This document shows positions 38,892-48,874 of a stretch of DNA of 64,000 nucleotides, one piece after another (position 1 is the first letter of the stretch; each line of letters begins with the position of its first letter). Below the pieces are notes generated by a model. It did no database searches and was not told the origin of the DNA. It worked only from the letters and a program-made list of their open reading frames with translations. Origin of the DNA: Candidatus Xenobia bacterium (lineage in GTDB: Bacteria; Vulcanimicrobiota; Xenobia; Xenobiales; QWHO01); assembly GCA_045863235.1 (NCBI GenBank), contig BTUM01000015.1, forward strand, positions 54,254 to 118,253, read 5' to 3'. Position numbers and translations under genes: made by a program.

Positions 38892-39599
38892 TCAAGCTTT
38901 CAGGATGGCTACGATGCGCATGACCGAGGGGTCGTCCTCAACCTCGAAACGCAAACCGTGATAATACTTCTGGCTGCGGGTATCGCGCCGACAACTGCGC
39001 ACGATGGCGTCTACCGCCATGGAGGGGAGGGCTCCGTACTGATCGAGGCGCACACGGCATTTGGTGCCGATGCGCACCTCGGTGGTGGAAGAGAGTTGAG
39101 CGCCGCCTCGCCCGATGTTGATGAGAGACCCCTCGCAAAGCACGTCGTCGGAGCGGTTGGTGATATAGGCTGGCAGGCCGTTGGCTTTGATGCGCAGGTG
39201 CTGGCGCCGCTCGCGTACGTTGTTCTGAGAGAATCCGTGGGCGGCCAGGGTATCCTTGACCCAGCTGTTGGCCTTGGCCTCGTCGGTGTCTTCAAAGATC
39301 AGGCCCGCGCTCATGCGGTCGATGGCCAGACGACGCGTCCAGACGACCCGGCACTTGACCGCCCCCTTGCCCGAGCCAGGTACCATGACGGCCACGATCT
39401 CCTTGGCGCTGAGCCCGTCCTTGCTCTCGAGCCGGATCCCGGCCACCGAAATATCGGTGATCCCGGCGCTGAAGGTCCGTTTCTGGGTACGCACCTCGAC
39501 CAGGACCCGACATGCCAGTCGCACCATTCGGCGACGCTCGTTCAAAGCCGGCTTGTGGCCGGGGAGGTAGGTTTGCAGAGTGGCCCACAGTTTCTTCAT
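38892..39599 (-). CDS. Tandem PilZ-domain protein
   Basis: ERRRMVR..DISVAG and ERRQHLR..NIGRGG motifs. Confidence 0.85.
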   Translation of the reverse strand: MKKLWATLQTYLPGHKPALNERRRMVRLACRVLVEVRTQKRTFSAGITDISVAGIRLESKDGLSAKEIVAVMVPGSGKGAVKCRVVWTRRLAIDRMSAGLIFEDTDEAKANSWVKDTLAAHGFSQNNVRERRQHLRIKANGLPAYITNRSDDVLCEGSLINIGRGGAQLSSTTEVRIGTKCRVRLDQYGALPSMAVDAIVRSCRRDTRSQKYYHGLRFEVEDDPSVMRIVAILKA

Positions 39600-39667
39600 C
39601 GGCCCAGGAAATTCGCGGGAACGTTGGGCCTTCCTCTCGGGGCTTGACGAGTCGGTATAATCCCTTC

Positions 39668-41497
39668 ATGCAACGAAACGATCTGCGCAACCTGGCGATC
39701 ATCGCCCACATCGATCACGGAAAGACCACTCTCGTGGACGGCCTCCTGCGCCAGGCCGGCATTTTCCGCCCTGGCCAGGACGTGGCCGAGCGCGTGATGG
39801 ACTCCAATGAGCTCGAGCGCGAGCGGGGCATCACCATCCTCTCCAAGAACACGGCCGTGGAATACCGCGGCATCACTCTCAACATCGTGGATACCCCGGG
39901 CCACGTGGACTTTGCCGGCGAGGTCGAGCGGATCCTCGGAATGGTGGACGGCTGCCTGCTGGTGGTGGACGCCTTCGAGGGCCCCATGGCCCAGACGCGC
40001 TTCGTGGTCAAGAAGGCGCTGGAGGCCGGGCTCTTGCCCATCCTGGTGGTCAATAAGATCGACCGCTCGGACGCCCGACCCGAGCAGGTGGTGGATGAGG
40101 TTCTGGGACTGTTTATCGACCTTGGTGCCAATGACGAGCAGATCGACTTCCCCGTAATCTATGCTTCGGCCAAGCAGCAGGTGGCCTCGCTCGACCCCAA
40201 GGGCCCCTTTGAGAGCCTGCAGCCCCTCTATGAGGCAATCTTGGAGCATGTTCCCGCGCCCGAGGGCGATCCCGAAGCGCCCCTGCAGATGCTGGTCAGT
40301 AGCCTCGACTACGACGAGTACATCGGACGGTTGGCCATCGGGCGCATCAGCCAGGGAACCCTGACGGCTCCCCGGCAGGTGGCCTTTGGCTCGCCCGGAG
40401 AGACGCTCAAGAAGGGCAAGGTGGCCCAGTTGTTTCGTTTTGAGGGTCTGAGCCGCAAAGCGGTGGAGTCGGCCACGGTCGGGGACATCGTCTCACTCTC
40501 GGGTCTGGCTGAGGTGGGCCTGGGTCAGACCATCACCGAAATCGAGCGGCCTGCTCTCCTGCCCGGACTTTCGGTGGACGAGCCCACCCTGGCGGCCATG
40601 TTCCTGGTATCCAACAGCCCGCTGGCCGGCACCGAAGGCAAGTATGTGACCTCGCGTCACCTCAACGACCGGCTGATGCGTGAGAAGGAGCGCAACGTTG
40701 CTTTGCGGGTCAATCCCACCGATTCACCGGACGTGTTCGAAGTGTGTGGACGGGGCGAGTTGCACCTTTCCATCCTGATCGAAACCATGCGTCGCGAGGG
40801 CTACGAGTTCTGCGTCTCGGCTCCGAGGGTTCTCACCAAGATGGTCGACGGGCAGGTGCACGAGCCGCTCGAGCAACTCATCATCGACCTGCCCGAGGAG
40901 AACCTTGGCCCGGTCATGGAGACGGTGGGTCTGCGCCGCGCCGAGATGATCAACATGAGTGGCTCGGGCACCGGTCGCCTGCGCCTGGAGTTCATCATCC
41001 CGGCTCGGGGCCTGATCGGACTACGCTCGGACATCCTCACCCTGACCCGGGGCTACGGTATCATGAATCACCTGTTCCACGACTATGGTCCCTGGCGAGG
41101 CGAGATCGCCGGGCGCACGCGCGGCTCCCTGGTCGCCTCCGAGGCCGGCGAGGCCACCACCTACGCCCTGCATAACCTGCAGTCGAGCGGCGTGTTCTTC
41201 ATCGACCCGGGCGAGAGGGTCTACGCCGGCATGGTGGTGGGCGAGCACTGCCGCCCGGGAGACCTCGAGGTGAACGTGGCCAAGAAGAAGCACGTAACCA
41301 ACATTCGTAATTCCGGCGCCGAGGAAAGCCTGCGCCTGGAGGTGCCGCGCCGCCATTCGCTGGAGCAGGCTCTGGAGTACATCGAAGATGACGAACTGGT
41401 GGAGGTCACCCCCCAGAGCATCCGAATCCGCAAGGAGATCCTGGACGTGCACGTTCGCAACCGCATTCGCAAGGAGAAGAGCCGGCAGGCCAGCTGA
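39668..41497 (+). CDS. typA: Translational GTPase TypA/BipA
   Basis: [42 protein letters not shown]6-ATG leaderless start. Confidence 0.97.
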   Translation: MQRNDLRNLAIIAHIDHGKTTLVDGLLRQAGIFRPGQDVAERVMDSNELERERGITILSKNTAVEYRGITLNIVDTPGHVDFAGEVERILGMVDGCLLVVDAFEGPMAQTRFVVKKALEAGLLPILVVNKIDRSDARPEQVVDEVLGLFIDLGANDEQIDFPVIYASAKQQVASLDPKGPFESLQPLYEAILEHVPAPEGDPEAPLQMLVSSLDYDEYIGRLAIGRISQGTLTAPRQVAFGSPGETLKKGKVAQLFRFEGLSRKAVESATVGDIVSLSGLAEVGLGQTITEIERPALLPGLSVDEPTLAAMFLVSNSPLAGTEGKYVTSRHLNDRLMREKERNVALRVNPTDSPDVFEVCGRGELHLSILIETMRREGYEFCVSAPRVLTKMVDGQVHEPLEQLIIDLPEENLGPVMETVGLRRAEMINMSGSGTGRLRLEFIIPARGLIGLRSDILTLTRGYGIMNHLFHDYGPWRGEIAGRTRGSLVASEAGEATTYALHNLQSSGVFFIDPGERVYAGMVVGEHCRPGDLEVNVAKKKHVTNIRNSGAEESLRLEVPRRHSLEQALEYIEDDELVEVTPQSIRIRKEILDVHVRNRIRKEKSRQAS

Positions 41498-41504
41498 CCG
41501 TACG

Positions 41505-41548
41505 GTAACAAGCCGTCAACCCGGGACCGAGCCCGGCCGGGTTATCCT
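41505..41548 (+). promoter_or_regulatory. Box B GTAAC-aagccg-TCAAC, then N22, then -10 TATCCT
   Basis: Recurrent motif; lies upstream of an orphan small ORF. Confidence 0.55.
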
Positions 41549-41583
41549 CGGGCCGAAAATGCGGACCTGGAGGAGCACCAACC

Positions 41584-41808
41584 ATGCAGATCGCAAACCT
41601 GGCTACCTTTCCTCAGGCGGCGGCCAAACAACAAAAGAGCAGCCGCCCCGAGCCCGGGCCAGATGACACTTCCGACCCCGACTTTGGGGATAACCGGCGC
41701 AACGACGACGGACCTGACTCGGTTTACGACCCCGACTTCGGCGGACGCGGCGGGGGCGACACCTACAGCGGCCCGGACGGAACCTACAGCTACGATCCCT
41801 ATCACTGA
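41584..41808 (+). CDS. 74-aa acidic D/G/P-rich orphan
   Basis: GGAGGAG RBS; MQIAN start; DPDFG twice, YDP twice. Confidence 0.65.
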   Translation: MQIANLATFPQAAAKQQKSSRPEPGPDDTSDPDFGDNRRNDDGPDSVYDPDFGGRGGGDTYSGPDGTYSYDPYH

Positions 41809-41936
41809 GGGGTCCGCGCGCCCAGAGCCTTGCGGGCTCAGCACCTGAACGAGTCCACGCGCCGGACTGCAGCAACAGGAAACTTGCCCTCGGCTGAGAA
41901 CCCCCCTCGGCGCCACGCGCCAAGGAGGGTTTTGCT

Positions 41937-43106
41937 TTGGGCTATCGTCTGGATACACGGGTGATTCACGCCGGGGAAGTTCGTCCCGGCAAGGATGGCG
42001 CCGTCGTGCTTCCCATCTACCAGTCGGCCAACTACGAGTTCGCAGGCGAGAGCGATTACAACGACCTGAAGTACATCCGCCTCAACAATTCCCCCAACCA
42101 CGTGGCTCTGCACCAGAAGCTGGCCAGCCTGGAGGGGGCCGAAGCGGCCCTGGTCACGGCCAGCGGGATGGCGGCCATCACTGCCGCGCTGCTGGCCAGC
42201 GTGGGACACGGCGAGCACTTGCTGGCTCAGGGTTGCCTCTACGGTGGGACCCACACCTTCCTGACCCACGACTGGCCTGAGTTCGGGCGCACGGCCTCCT
42301 TCATCGACCTGAGCCGGCCCGAGAGCTGGGCCACCCAGCTCACCCCCTCGACCCGAGCGATCTACGTGGAGACCATCTCCAATCCGCTCATGCAGGTGTT
42401 CGACCTGGACAAGGTGGTGGAGTTTGCCCGCCAGCACAAGCTGATCGCCCTGATCGACAACACTTTCGCCACTCCCATCCACTACCGTCCCCTCGAGCAC
42501 GGCTTCGATCTGGTGGTGCATAGCTGCACCAAGTACCTCAACGGCCATTCCGACATTGTGGCCGGGGCGGTGGTGGGCTCGGGCGAGAGGGTGCGCCGGG
42601 TGTGTCACCTGCTCAATCATCTGGGCGGCTCGCTCGACCCCCACGCCTGTTTCTTGCTGCACCGGGGGCTCAAGACCCTGGCCGTGCGATTGCGCCACCA
42701 GACTGCCACGGCCCTGGAGGTAGCCCGCTTTCTGGAGCAGCATCCGGCCGTCAAGAGGGTGCACTATCCGGGCCTGCCCAGCGACCCGAGCCACCAGCTC
42801 GCCCAGCGCCAGCTCGACGGCTTCGGGGCCATGTTGAGCTTTGAGCTGCTCGAGCCCGAGCGGGCCGACGCCTGGATGCAGGCCACGCACCTACCGGTCG
42901 TGGCGGCCAGTCTGGGCGGGGTAGAGAGCCTGGTCACCCGACCGGCCACCACTTCTCACTCGGGCCTGTCCGTAGACGAGCGCCGGGCAGCCGGCATCGA
43001 CGAAGGGCTGATCCGCCTGTCGGTTGGCCTGGAAGACCCACAGGACCTGATCGAAGATTTCCAGGCCGCCTTTCAGCTTGACAGGCAGCCCCTTTCCGTG
43101 CCATAA
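41937..43106 (+). CDS. Cys/Met metabolism PLP enzyme (cystathionine/methionine gamma-lyase family)
   Basis: [50 protein letters not shown]. Confidence 0.93.
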   Translation: MGYRLDTRVIHAGEVRPGKDGAVVLPIYQSANYEFAGESDYNDLKYIRLNNSPNHVALHQKLASLEGAEAALVTASGMAAITAALLASVGHGEHLLAQGCLYGGTHTFLTHDWPEFGRTASFIDLSRPESWATQLTPSTRAIYVETISNPLMQVFDLDKVVEFARQHKLIALIDNTFATPIHYRPLEHGFDLVVHSCTKYLNGHSDIVAGAVVGSGERVRRVCHLLNHLGGSLDPHACFLLHRGLKTLAVRLRHQTATALEVARFLEQHPAVKRVHYPGLPSDPSHQLAQRQLDGFGAMLSFELLEPERADAWMQATHLPVVAASLGGVESLVTRPATTSHSGLSVDERRAAGIDEGLIRLSVGLEDPQDLIEDFQAAFQLDRQPLSVP

Positions 43107-43133
43107 ACCTGAGGTTTTGAGAGGTAGAGAGCA

Positions 43134-44114
43134 TTGACTGACGCGCGCGGTTCCATCCTGGTCAGCGGATCACTGGCCTTTGACAACATCATGAACTTTC
43201 CGGGCTACTTCAAGGACCACGTCCTGCCTGACAAAGTGCACATCATCAATATCAGCTTCCTGGTCCAGGAGCTGAAGCGCCAGCGGGGGGGCTGCGCCGC
43301 CAATATCGCTTACACGCTCGCTCTGCTGGGCGAGCGTCCCCGCATCGTGGCTGCCGCGGGCCGCGACTTCCCCGAGTATGCCGAATGGCTCTCTCAACAG
43401 GGCGTGGACGTGCAGGGGATCCGTATCTTTCAGGAGGACGTGACGGCCTCGTGCTTCATCACCACCGATGCGGCTGACAACCAGATCACCGGGTTTTATC
43501 CGGGCGCCATGAACCGGGCCGGGGAGATCAGCCTTCGTCAGGAGGCGGGGCCCAATCCCCGTTTCTGCATCATCGCTCCCGATGCCCCCGCCGCCATGGT
43601 GCGTCACTGTCAGGAATGCCGCGAAGGGAAGATCCCCTTCCTTTTTGACCCCAGCTTCCAGGTGACCGCCATGGACGGTCCTACGCTTTACCAGGCGGCC
43701 CGGGGGGCCCGGGCGGTCCTGCTCAACGACTACGAGTTCGCGGTCTTCCTCGAGAAGACCGGCAAGACGCAGGACCAGCTACTCGAGGATGTCGAGCTGA
43801 TCGTGGTCACCTACGGCGAGCAAGGCAGCGAGATCTTCCGTCGCGGCTCGGAAAGCGTGAAGATCCCGCCGGCAAAGTGCCGCGAGGTGGTGGACCCCAC
43901 CGGAGCGGGCGACGCCTACCGGGGAGGCTTTCTGGCCGGACTGGTCCGGGGCCACGACCTGGATGTCTGCGGTCGGATGGGAAGTGTGGCGGCGGTGTTC
44001 GCGGTGGAGCACTACGGCACCCAGAACCATCGCTACACCCCCGAAACTTTCTTCGCCCGCTACGAGGAGAACTTCGGGCCCGCTCCGGTGGTCACAGCCC
44101 CAGGCCACGCTTGA
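43134..44114 (+). CDS. PfkB-family carbohydrate/adenosine kinase
   Basis: SGSLAFD, GGCAANIAY, NDYE, DPTGAGDAYRGG. Confidence 0.92.
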   Translation: MTDARGSILVSGSLAFDNIMNFPGYFKDHVLPDKVHIINISFLVQELKRQRGGCAANIAYTLALLGERPRIVAAAGRDFPEYAEWLSQQGVDVQGIRIFQEDVTASCFITTDAADNQITGFYPGAMNRAGEISLRQEAGPNPRFCIIAPDAPAAMVRHCQECREGKIPFLFDPSFQVTAMDGPTLYQAARGARAVLLNDYEFAVFLEKTGKTQDQLLEDVELIVVTYGEQGSEIFRRGSESVKIPPAKCREVVDPTGAGDAYRGGFLAGLVRGHDLDVCGRMGSVAAVFAVEHYGTQNHRYTPETFFARYEENFGPAPVVTAPGHA

Positions 44115-45057
44115 GCTCGGGCAAGAGCTCCTGCATCGAGCTGTAACGGTGCTCGGGGGCCTTGCACAGCATGCGGCGGTAGACCCGGTCGAGCTCCGGG
44201 CTGAGATCGGGGCGCCGTTCCAGCAGGCTGGGCGGCTCCAGGTGAACCTGGCTATAGAGCAGCTGCACCGACTGGACCTGGGTGAAGGGGCGCCGACCGG
44301 TCAGTAGCTCGTGCAGGAGCACTCCCAGCGCGTACTGATCGCAGCGGCCGTCGAGGTCGGTCTGGCCGACCACCTGCTCGGGGGCCATGTAGGCCGGAGT
44401 GCCCAGAATTGCTCCCGGCAGCGTCAGGTTGCCCTGCGCCTGCATGGGCCGGGCCAGGCCGAAGTCGACCAGCTTGAGAAAGCCGTCGGCCCGGATGATG
44501 ATGTTCTCTGGCTTGAGGTTTCGGTGGATGATGCCCTTACCGTGGGCATAGCTGAGGGTCTCTGCCAGGGCCAGGAGCCAGGGCCCGGCTTCCTGGGCGC
44601 TCAGGCCGCTGGCTCGAATCTTGCGGCGCAAGGGCAGACCGTTGACCAGCTCGGTAACCAGATAGAACAGTCCCTCGAATTCACCGAAGTCGTCCAGGCG
44701 AACGATGTGGGGATGCGAGAGCGTCCGCAGAACCTGCACCTCTCGTTGAAAGCGGGCCCGGAAGCTTGGATCGCGCGAGACCTCCGGGTGCAAAACCTTG
44801 ATGGCGCAGGCCTCGGACAGCTCCAGGGTGGCGTCAGGCACGGCCCGGTACACCACCGCCGAGGCTCCCCGGCCAACCGGGCGCAACAGGCGCCAGTTGG
44901 CCAGACGTGCCCCGGTAAAGCGGTCTGCCGACAGCCCGCTGAAGACGCGCTCCAGATGAGGGGTGGTCGAGGAGGGAGAGTCCCTGGTCGAGCGCCAGAA
45001 CCAGGCCCCCGCCACCGCGGCTCCCCCCAGACAGACCGCCGCCACAATCGGGTCCAC
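44092..45057 (-). CDS. TM-anchored Ser/Thr kinase-like protein with HRN catalytic loop
   Basis: [35 protein letters not shown] start assumed. Confidence 0.85.
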   Translation of the reverse strand: MDPIVAAVCLGGAAVAGAWFWRSTRDSPSSTTPHLERVFSGLSADRFTGARLANWRLLRPVGRGASAVVYRAVPDATLELSEACAIKVLHPEVSRDPSFRARFQREVQVLRTLSHPHIVRLDDFGEFEGLFYLVTELVNGLPLRRKIRASGLSAQEAGPWLLALAETLSYAHGKGIIHRNLKPENIIIRADGFLKLVDFGLARPMQAQGNLTLPGAILGTPAYMAPEQVVGQTDLDGRCDQYALGVLLHELLTGRRPFTQVQSVQLLYSQVHLEPPSLLERRPDLSPELDRVYRRMLCKAPEHRYSSMQELLPELKRGLGL

Positions 45058-45319
45058 CAGGGCAACTTCCCGAGGGGGCAGAGACCTCCCTTTGACTGCT
45101 GAAGTTAACAACCCCCCCTCTTCCCAAGTCGCTCGCTCCATGGTAAGAATCGCAGAGTGCTCTGGCCGGGAGGAAACGTGCTGTCAGGCCGGAACGATGC
45201 CGCTACAGGTGAGGAATCGAATCGATCGCCCAGGAAGATAGTCCCCCCCGGCGGGCCCGGCCCGCACCTTTGCGCCCCATCGCGCGCCATTCTTCGTAAC
45301 GAGGCCTGAAACACTCCAC

Positions 45320-45781
45320 ATGAATATCCAACGGATCCTATTTCCTTACACGGGGGTGGACGAGGAGTCAGATCTACTGGTGCAGATCTGCCGCTACGCC
45401 AAGGCTGTCAAGGCCAGCGTCACGGTGCTGCAGGTCGTGGAGGTGCCGCTCTCCTTGCCCGAGGACGCACCTTCCACCGCGCTTCCCAAGATGGAGGAAG
45501 CTCATCAACTGCTCGAGTGCGCCGAGTTGATCGCCCGCCGGAATGGCATCCAGGTCGAGGTCGAGGTGATGCAGGCCCGCGAGGTCGGTCCGGGCATCGT
45601 GCGAGTGGCCGAGTCGCTGCCCGCCGATCTCCTGGTGGTGGCGGGGGTGCGCAGCGCTCACCATCCCGATGAGCCCATGGGCGAGACCATCGGCTACCTC
45701 CTGCGCAACGCTCCCTGTCCCATCTGGATTGGCTGTCAGCCCAATCCCAATCCTAACGGCAAGCGCGACCTGGAAGCCTAG
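45320..45781 (+). CDS. Universal stress protein
   Basis: IQRILFP, GPGIVRVA..ADLLVV, YLLRNAPCPI. Confidence 0.85.
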   Translation: MNIQRILFPYTGVDEESDLLVQICRYAKAVKASVTVLQVVEVPLSLPEDAPSTALPKMEEAHQLLECAELIARRNGIQVEVEVMQAREVGPGIVRVAESLPADLLVVAGVRSAHHPDEPMGETIGYLLRNAPCPIWIGCQPNPNPNGKRDLEA

Positions 45782-45786
45782 CTCTC

Positions 45787-46194
45787 ATGCCCAAACGTAT
45801 CGTCATCGTCGGTTGCGGGCGCACGGGAGCCGAGCTCGGGCGTATCTTGAACCGTGACGGCCACAGCCTGGTCATGATCGACAACGACCCCGAATCGCTC
45901 AAGCGCCTCAGCGACGACGTCAAGGTTCGCACCGTGCTGGGCAACGGCGTCAGTCTTAGCATCTTGAAGGAGTCTGGCATCGAGCGGGCCGACGTCTGCG
46001 TGGCCGTGACCAACCGCAACTGCGTGAACCTGGCCGCCGCTCTGATCGCCCAGCGCCATTTCATGGTGGAGCGGGTGGTGGCTCGCATCACCGACCCCCG
46101 CAGCGTCAACCTGTGGGAGTCGGCCGGCATCCATATTCTCTGCCCCACAGCCGTGCTGGCCTCCGAGGCCGAGCGCATCATCCTGGCCACCTGA
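45787..46194 (+). CDS. TrkA-N (RCK) single-domain protein
   Basis: IVIVGCGRTG Rossmann motif, GIERAD, VVARITDP. Confidence 0.88.
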   Translation: MPKRIVIVGCGRTGAELGRILNRDGHSLVMIDNDPESLKRLSDDVKVRTVLGNGVSLSILKESGIERADVCVAVTNRNCVNLAAALIAQRHFMVERVVARITDPRSVNLWESAGIHILCPTAVLASEAERIILAT

Positions 46195-46204
46195 GGAGTC
46201 CAAC

Positions 46205-46855
46205 TTGTACTTCGTGATTTGCGGCGGCGGCGAGGTCGCGTTTCACCTCGCCCTGGACCTGGTCGGTAAGGGTCACGAGGTGACCGTGGTGAGTCGCGAC
46301 CACGCCATGGTCAAGCGGCTCGAAGGTCGCTGCTCGGCCATCGACGGCCAGGCCTGGGATCCGGCTACCCTGGAGTCGGCTGGACTGCGCCGGGCTGATG
46401 CCCTGGTGGCATGTGAGCCTCGCGACGAGGACAACCTGGTGATCTGCCACCTGGTCGACCTGCTCCAGCTTCCCGTGCGCACCATCGCCACCGTGCACAA
46501 TCCCAAGAACGAGGCTCTCTATTATGAGCTGGGCATCGACGCCATCGTAGGCACGACCACCACCATCGCCCAGGTGATCGAGCACGAGCTTCCCAGCGCC
46601 GAGCTGCTGCCCCTGATGACCCTGCGGCGCGGGGGGATGAAGATGGTGGAGGGCGAGATCCCCTACGGAGCCCCCTGCGTGGGCAAAGCCCTGCACCAGA
46701 TCTCCATGCCCGGGGGCACGCTCATCATCACGCTGGTGCGCGGCGACCAGGTCATCCTGCCTCACGGTGGGACGGTGGTGGAGGTGGGCGACGTGCTCAT
46801 CGGCCTGGCCGAGGCCGACCGCCTCAACGAGCTTCGTCGGGTTCTGTTCGGCTGA
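46205..46855 (+). CDS. trkA: TrkA-family potassium uptake regulatory subunit
   Basis: VICGGGEV, DEDNLVIC, TrkA-C (PHGGTVVEVGD). Confidence 0.85.
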   Translation: MYFVICGGGEVAFHLALDLVGKGHEVTVVSRDHAMVKRLEGRCSAIDGQAWDPATLESAGLRRADALVACEPRDEDNLVICHLVDLLQLPVRTIATVHNPKNEALYYELGIDAIVGTTTTIAQVIEHELPSAELLPLMTLRRGGMKMVEGEIPYGAPCVGKALHQISMPGGTLIITLVRGDQVILPHGGTVVEVGDVLIGLAEADRLNELRRVLFG

Positions 46856-46934
46856 CCCTTCTGTGATCGCGGATCACCGATTCATCTGGCTCCGGCCCGG
46901 TATGCTATACTCATTCCAACGCACGGAGGTAGCA

Positions 46935-47231
46935 GTGACCGAACCGATTCGTCGACTCCAGAATCAGCTTGCCCGTATGGAATCCGAGCGTAAACGAGAT
47001 CACGACCATTTGCTCCTGGTGATGGCGACCCAGCGAGAACGAATCGACAGAGCCTTTTCCGAAGTGAGCCTGGCTCTGCTCGAGCAGGAACTGGCGGTGC
47101 GCCAGCGACTCACTCAGTCCGATGAGGCCGTAACCCGTCTGGGGGCCTCGGTCCTGGAGGGCCTGACCAGACACGATACCAGGCTTTCCGACATCGAGGC
47201 CCGCCTTCGTCGCCTGGAGGGGGCCGCCTGA
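46935..47231 (+). CDS. Small coiled-coil hypothetical protein
   Basis: TGCTATACT extended -10, GGAGG RBS, GTG start; ends RLSDIEARLRRLE. Confidence 0.7.
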   Translation: MTEPIRRLQNQLARMESERKRDHDHLLLVMATQRERIDRAFSEVSLALLEQELAVRQRLTQSDEAVTRLGASVLEGLTRHDTRLSDIEARLRRLEGAA

Positions 47232-47561
47232 GCAGCCTGCCGCTGGAGCTGAGCTCCAGCGTGCACTGTGAAGCGCATGTCCTCCGGCAAAGCCGTTTTG
47301 TGAGCCGCACAAAGCGATCTGCTCACCGACAGCTCTCGCCCAGATTTCAGTTGCTCTTTCCCGGGAAGCGACCCTGACGCGCGATACGCGCTCCGAGTTT
47401 TCATGCGGATCCCCCGTCTGGCCGTGGGATATCCCACCCCAACCCTGGGGATCCCAAGATTGCCTGGGATCCAACCGGCACTGCGAGCTTGTTGCCAGGC
47501 AGGACCTGGCGCTCCCCGGCTCCCGCTATCTGCTCCCGGAACGGTCCAACAGCGACGAAGT

Positions 47562-48224
47562 CTAGCTCTGGCTGATGGCGAAGCGTTGCTGCGGGAAGTG
47601 ACCCTGCAGTACGAAGCCGTCGCCGGTGGGGGAGAGCTCGAAGTCCTGGAAGGCGTAGTGCCCGTCGATGGTGATCCGCCCGTCGGAATGGCGGGTCAGG
47701 CTGAAGGACTGCTCGGGGAGGTTGCTTTCCACCAGCGTGGTATCGCCTTGCTGGGTCAGCCGGAAGGTTTCACCATCCTCCCAGTCGCTGCGCACCTCGG
47801 CTGCATCGCCCTGACGCGTGGCCGTCCAGGCCCGCCCGGAGAACATGCTGTCCACTCGCAGCGTGGTGCCGTCATCACGAATGGTGAAGTCGTTGAGGTC
47901 TTCCTGGCAATCAGCCACGGTCAGGTTTCCCTGCTTCTCCAGGCGATAGTCCTGGAAGTGGTGCAGGCCGTCCACCTCGGTGGCCTGGCCGTCCGAGATC
48001 ACCGTGAAGTCGCGCTGAGGGAAGGTACCGTCCTCCAGATGACCGATGATGGTGGTCTGCCCTGGCTGCTCACGGTGGCCCACCAGCAAAGCTTTGCCGT
48101 CCAGGCTGATACCCAGGCCCGGGGCCAGCTCGATTCCGACTGTAGCGGTGTGCAGGCTGGGTGGGAAGGGAAGTTGGGGGTCTAGATATCCTGTTGGCAC
48201 TCCGGCCATCAATCGCACGCTCAT
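47562..48224 (-). CDS. Orphan with about 8 tandem ~20-aa beta-hairpin repeats
   Basis: Repeats such as TEVDGLHHFQDYRL / ITIDGHYAFQDFEL / FVLQGHFPQQRFAI. Confidence 0.75.
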   Translation of the reverse strand: MSVRLMAGVPTGYLDPQLPFPPSLHTATVGIELAPGLGISLDGKALLVGHREQPGQTTIIGHLEDGTFPQRDFTVISDGQATEVDGLHHFQDYRLEKQGNLTVADCQEDLNDFTIRDDGTTLRVDSMFSGRAWTATRQGDAAEVRSDWEDGETFRLTQQGDTTLVESNLPEQSFSLTRHSDGRITIDGHYAFQDFELSPTGDGFVLQGHFPQQRFAISQS

Positions 48225-48273
48225 TGAGAACTCCCTGTGCAGAATCGTCTGCCGGCACTTTGCGCCATGAGCG

Positions 48274-48300
48274 GTTGATCGGATGTTACCGGATCGTAAC
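48274..48300 (-). promoter_or_regulatory. Box B triple: GTTAC-gatccg-GTAAC-atccga-TCAAC
   Basis: 11-bp periodic repeat upstream of orphan 48224; overlaps the TAA of the upstream gene; -10 weak. Confidence 0.5.
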
Positions 48301-48675
48301 CGTCTCCACGAACAGGGGTTGGTCGAGCTTCTCGCCGTAGCCCTCGAACCGTATCACGCCCTTGTCGTCGTCGGGGATAACGCCTACCATCCAGCCCTTC
48401 TCGGGCTTTCCGGGGCAGCGGCCCACGTTCACCTGCTGGCCCTCGGAGCGCTGGCGCACGGGCAGGCTGGCCGCGGCCATGGTGGAGAACATTGCCCCCA
48501 CCACCGAACTGGGAGTCATCGCCTTCGTCTGCGGGTCGCGAGCCAGGTTACGGACCACCGAGTGCTCGGCAAGGCTGCGAGCGTAGGCCGACTCGGCGCG
48601 CAGCTCGCGCTCACGCGGGTCACCAGGCCCGCAACTCACCAGCAGCAGGGCCACCACCAGCAAGATACGAGTCAT
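48286..48675 (-). CDS. Small lipoprotein
   Basis: MTRILLVVALLLVSC lipobox. Confidence 0.72.
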   Translation of the reverse strand: MTRILLVVALLLVSCGPGDPRERELRAESAYARSLAEHSVVRNLARDPQTKAMTPSSVVGAMFSTMAAASLPVRQRSEGQQVNVGRCPGKPEKGWMVGVIPDDDKGVIRFEGYGEKLDQPLFVETVTIR

Positions 48676-48837
48676 CGCAGTCGATTTCGGGAGGTTCGCC
48701 AGGGCCTCCTCCGGAAATCCACGGCATGCGGGAACAGGCTGTGCTGCTGCTTTCGGCGCAGTGGCCATTGGCCTTCGTGGGTCAAAAGCTCGGCCCCGCT
48801 GGTGGACCCACCTGGTACTCCATGCCGTCGCCAGGAC

Positions 48838-48874
48838 TTGACGCATCGGAACCAATGCTTTAATATTAAAGCAT
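48838..48874 (+). promoter_or_regulatory. Promoter TTGACG-N17-TAATAT with perfect 20-bp MarR operator ATGCTTTAATATTAAAGCAT
   Basis: Palindrome 48855-48874 overlaps -10 and marR ATG; core repeated at 49344. Confidence 0.85.

Noticed and set aside
41809..41936. SAM riboswitch
   Set aside because: Lacks the ATC-AGAG / GCAACC / GTGC core of SAM-I and SAM-IV
45320..46855. USP-trkA-trkA without a TrkH channel as a novel system
   Set aside because: Paired trkA genes with a distant transporter are common; the partner may lie elsewhere in the genome
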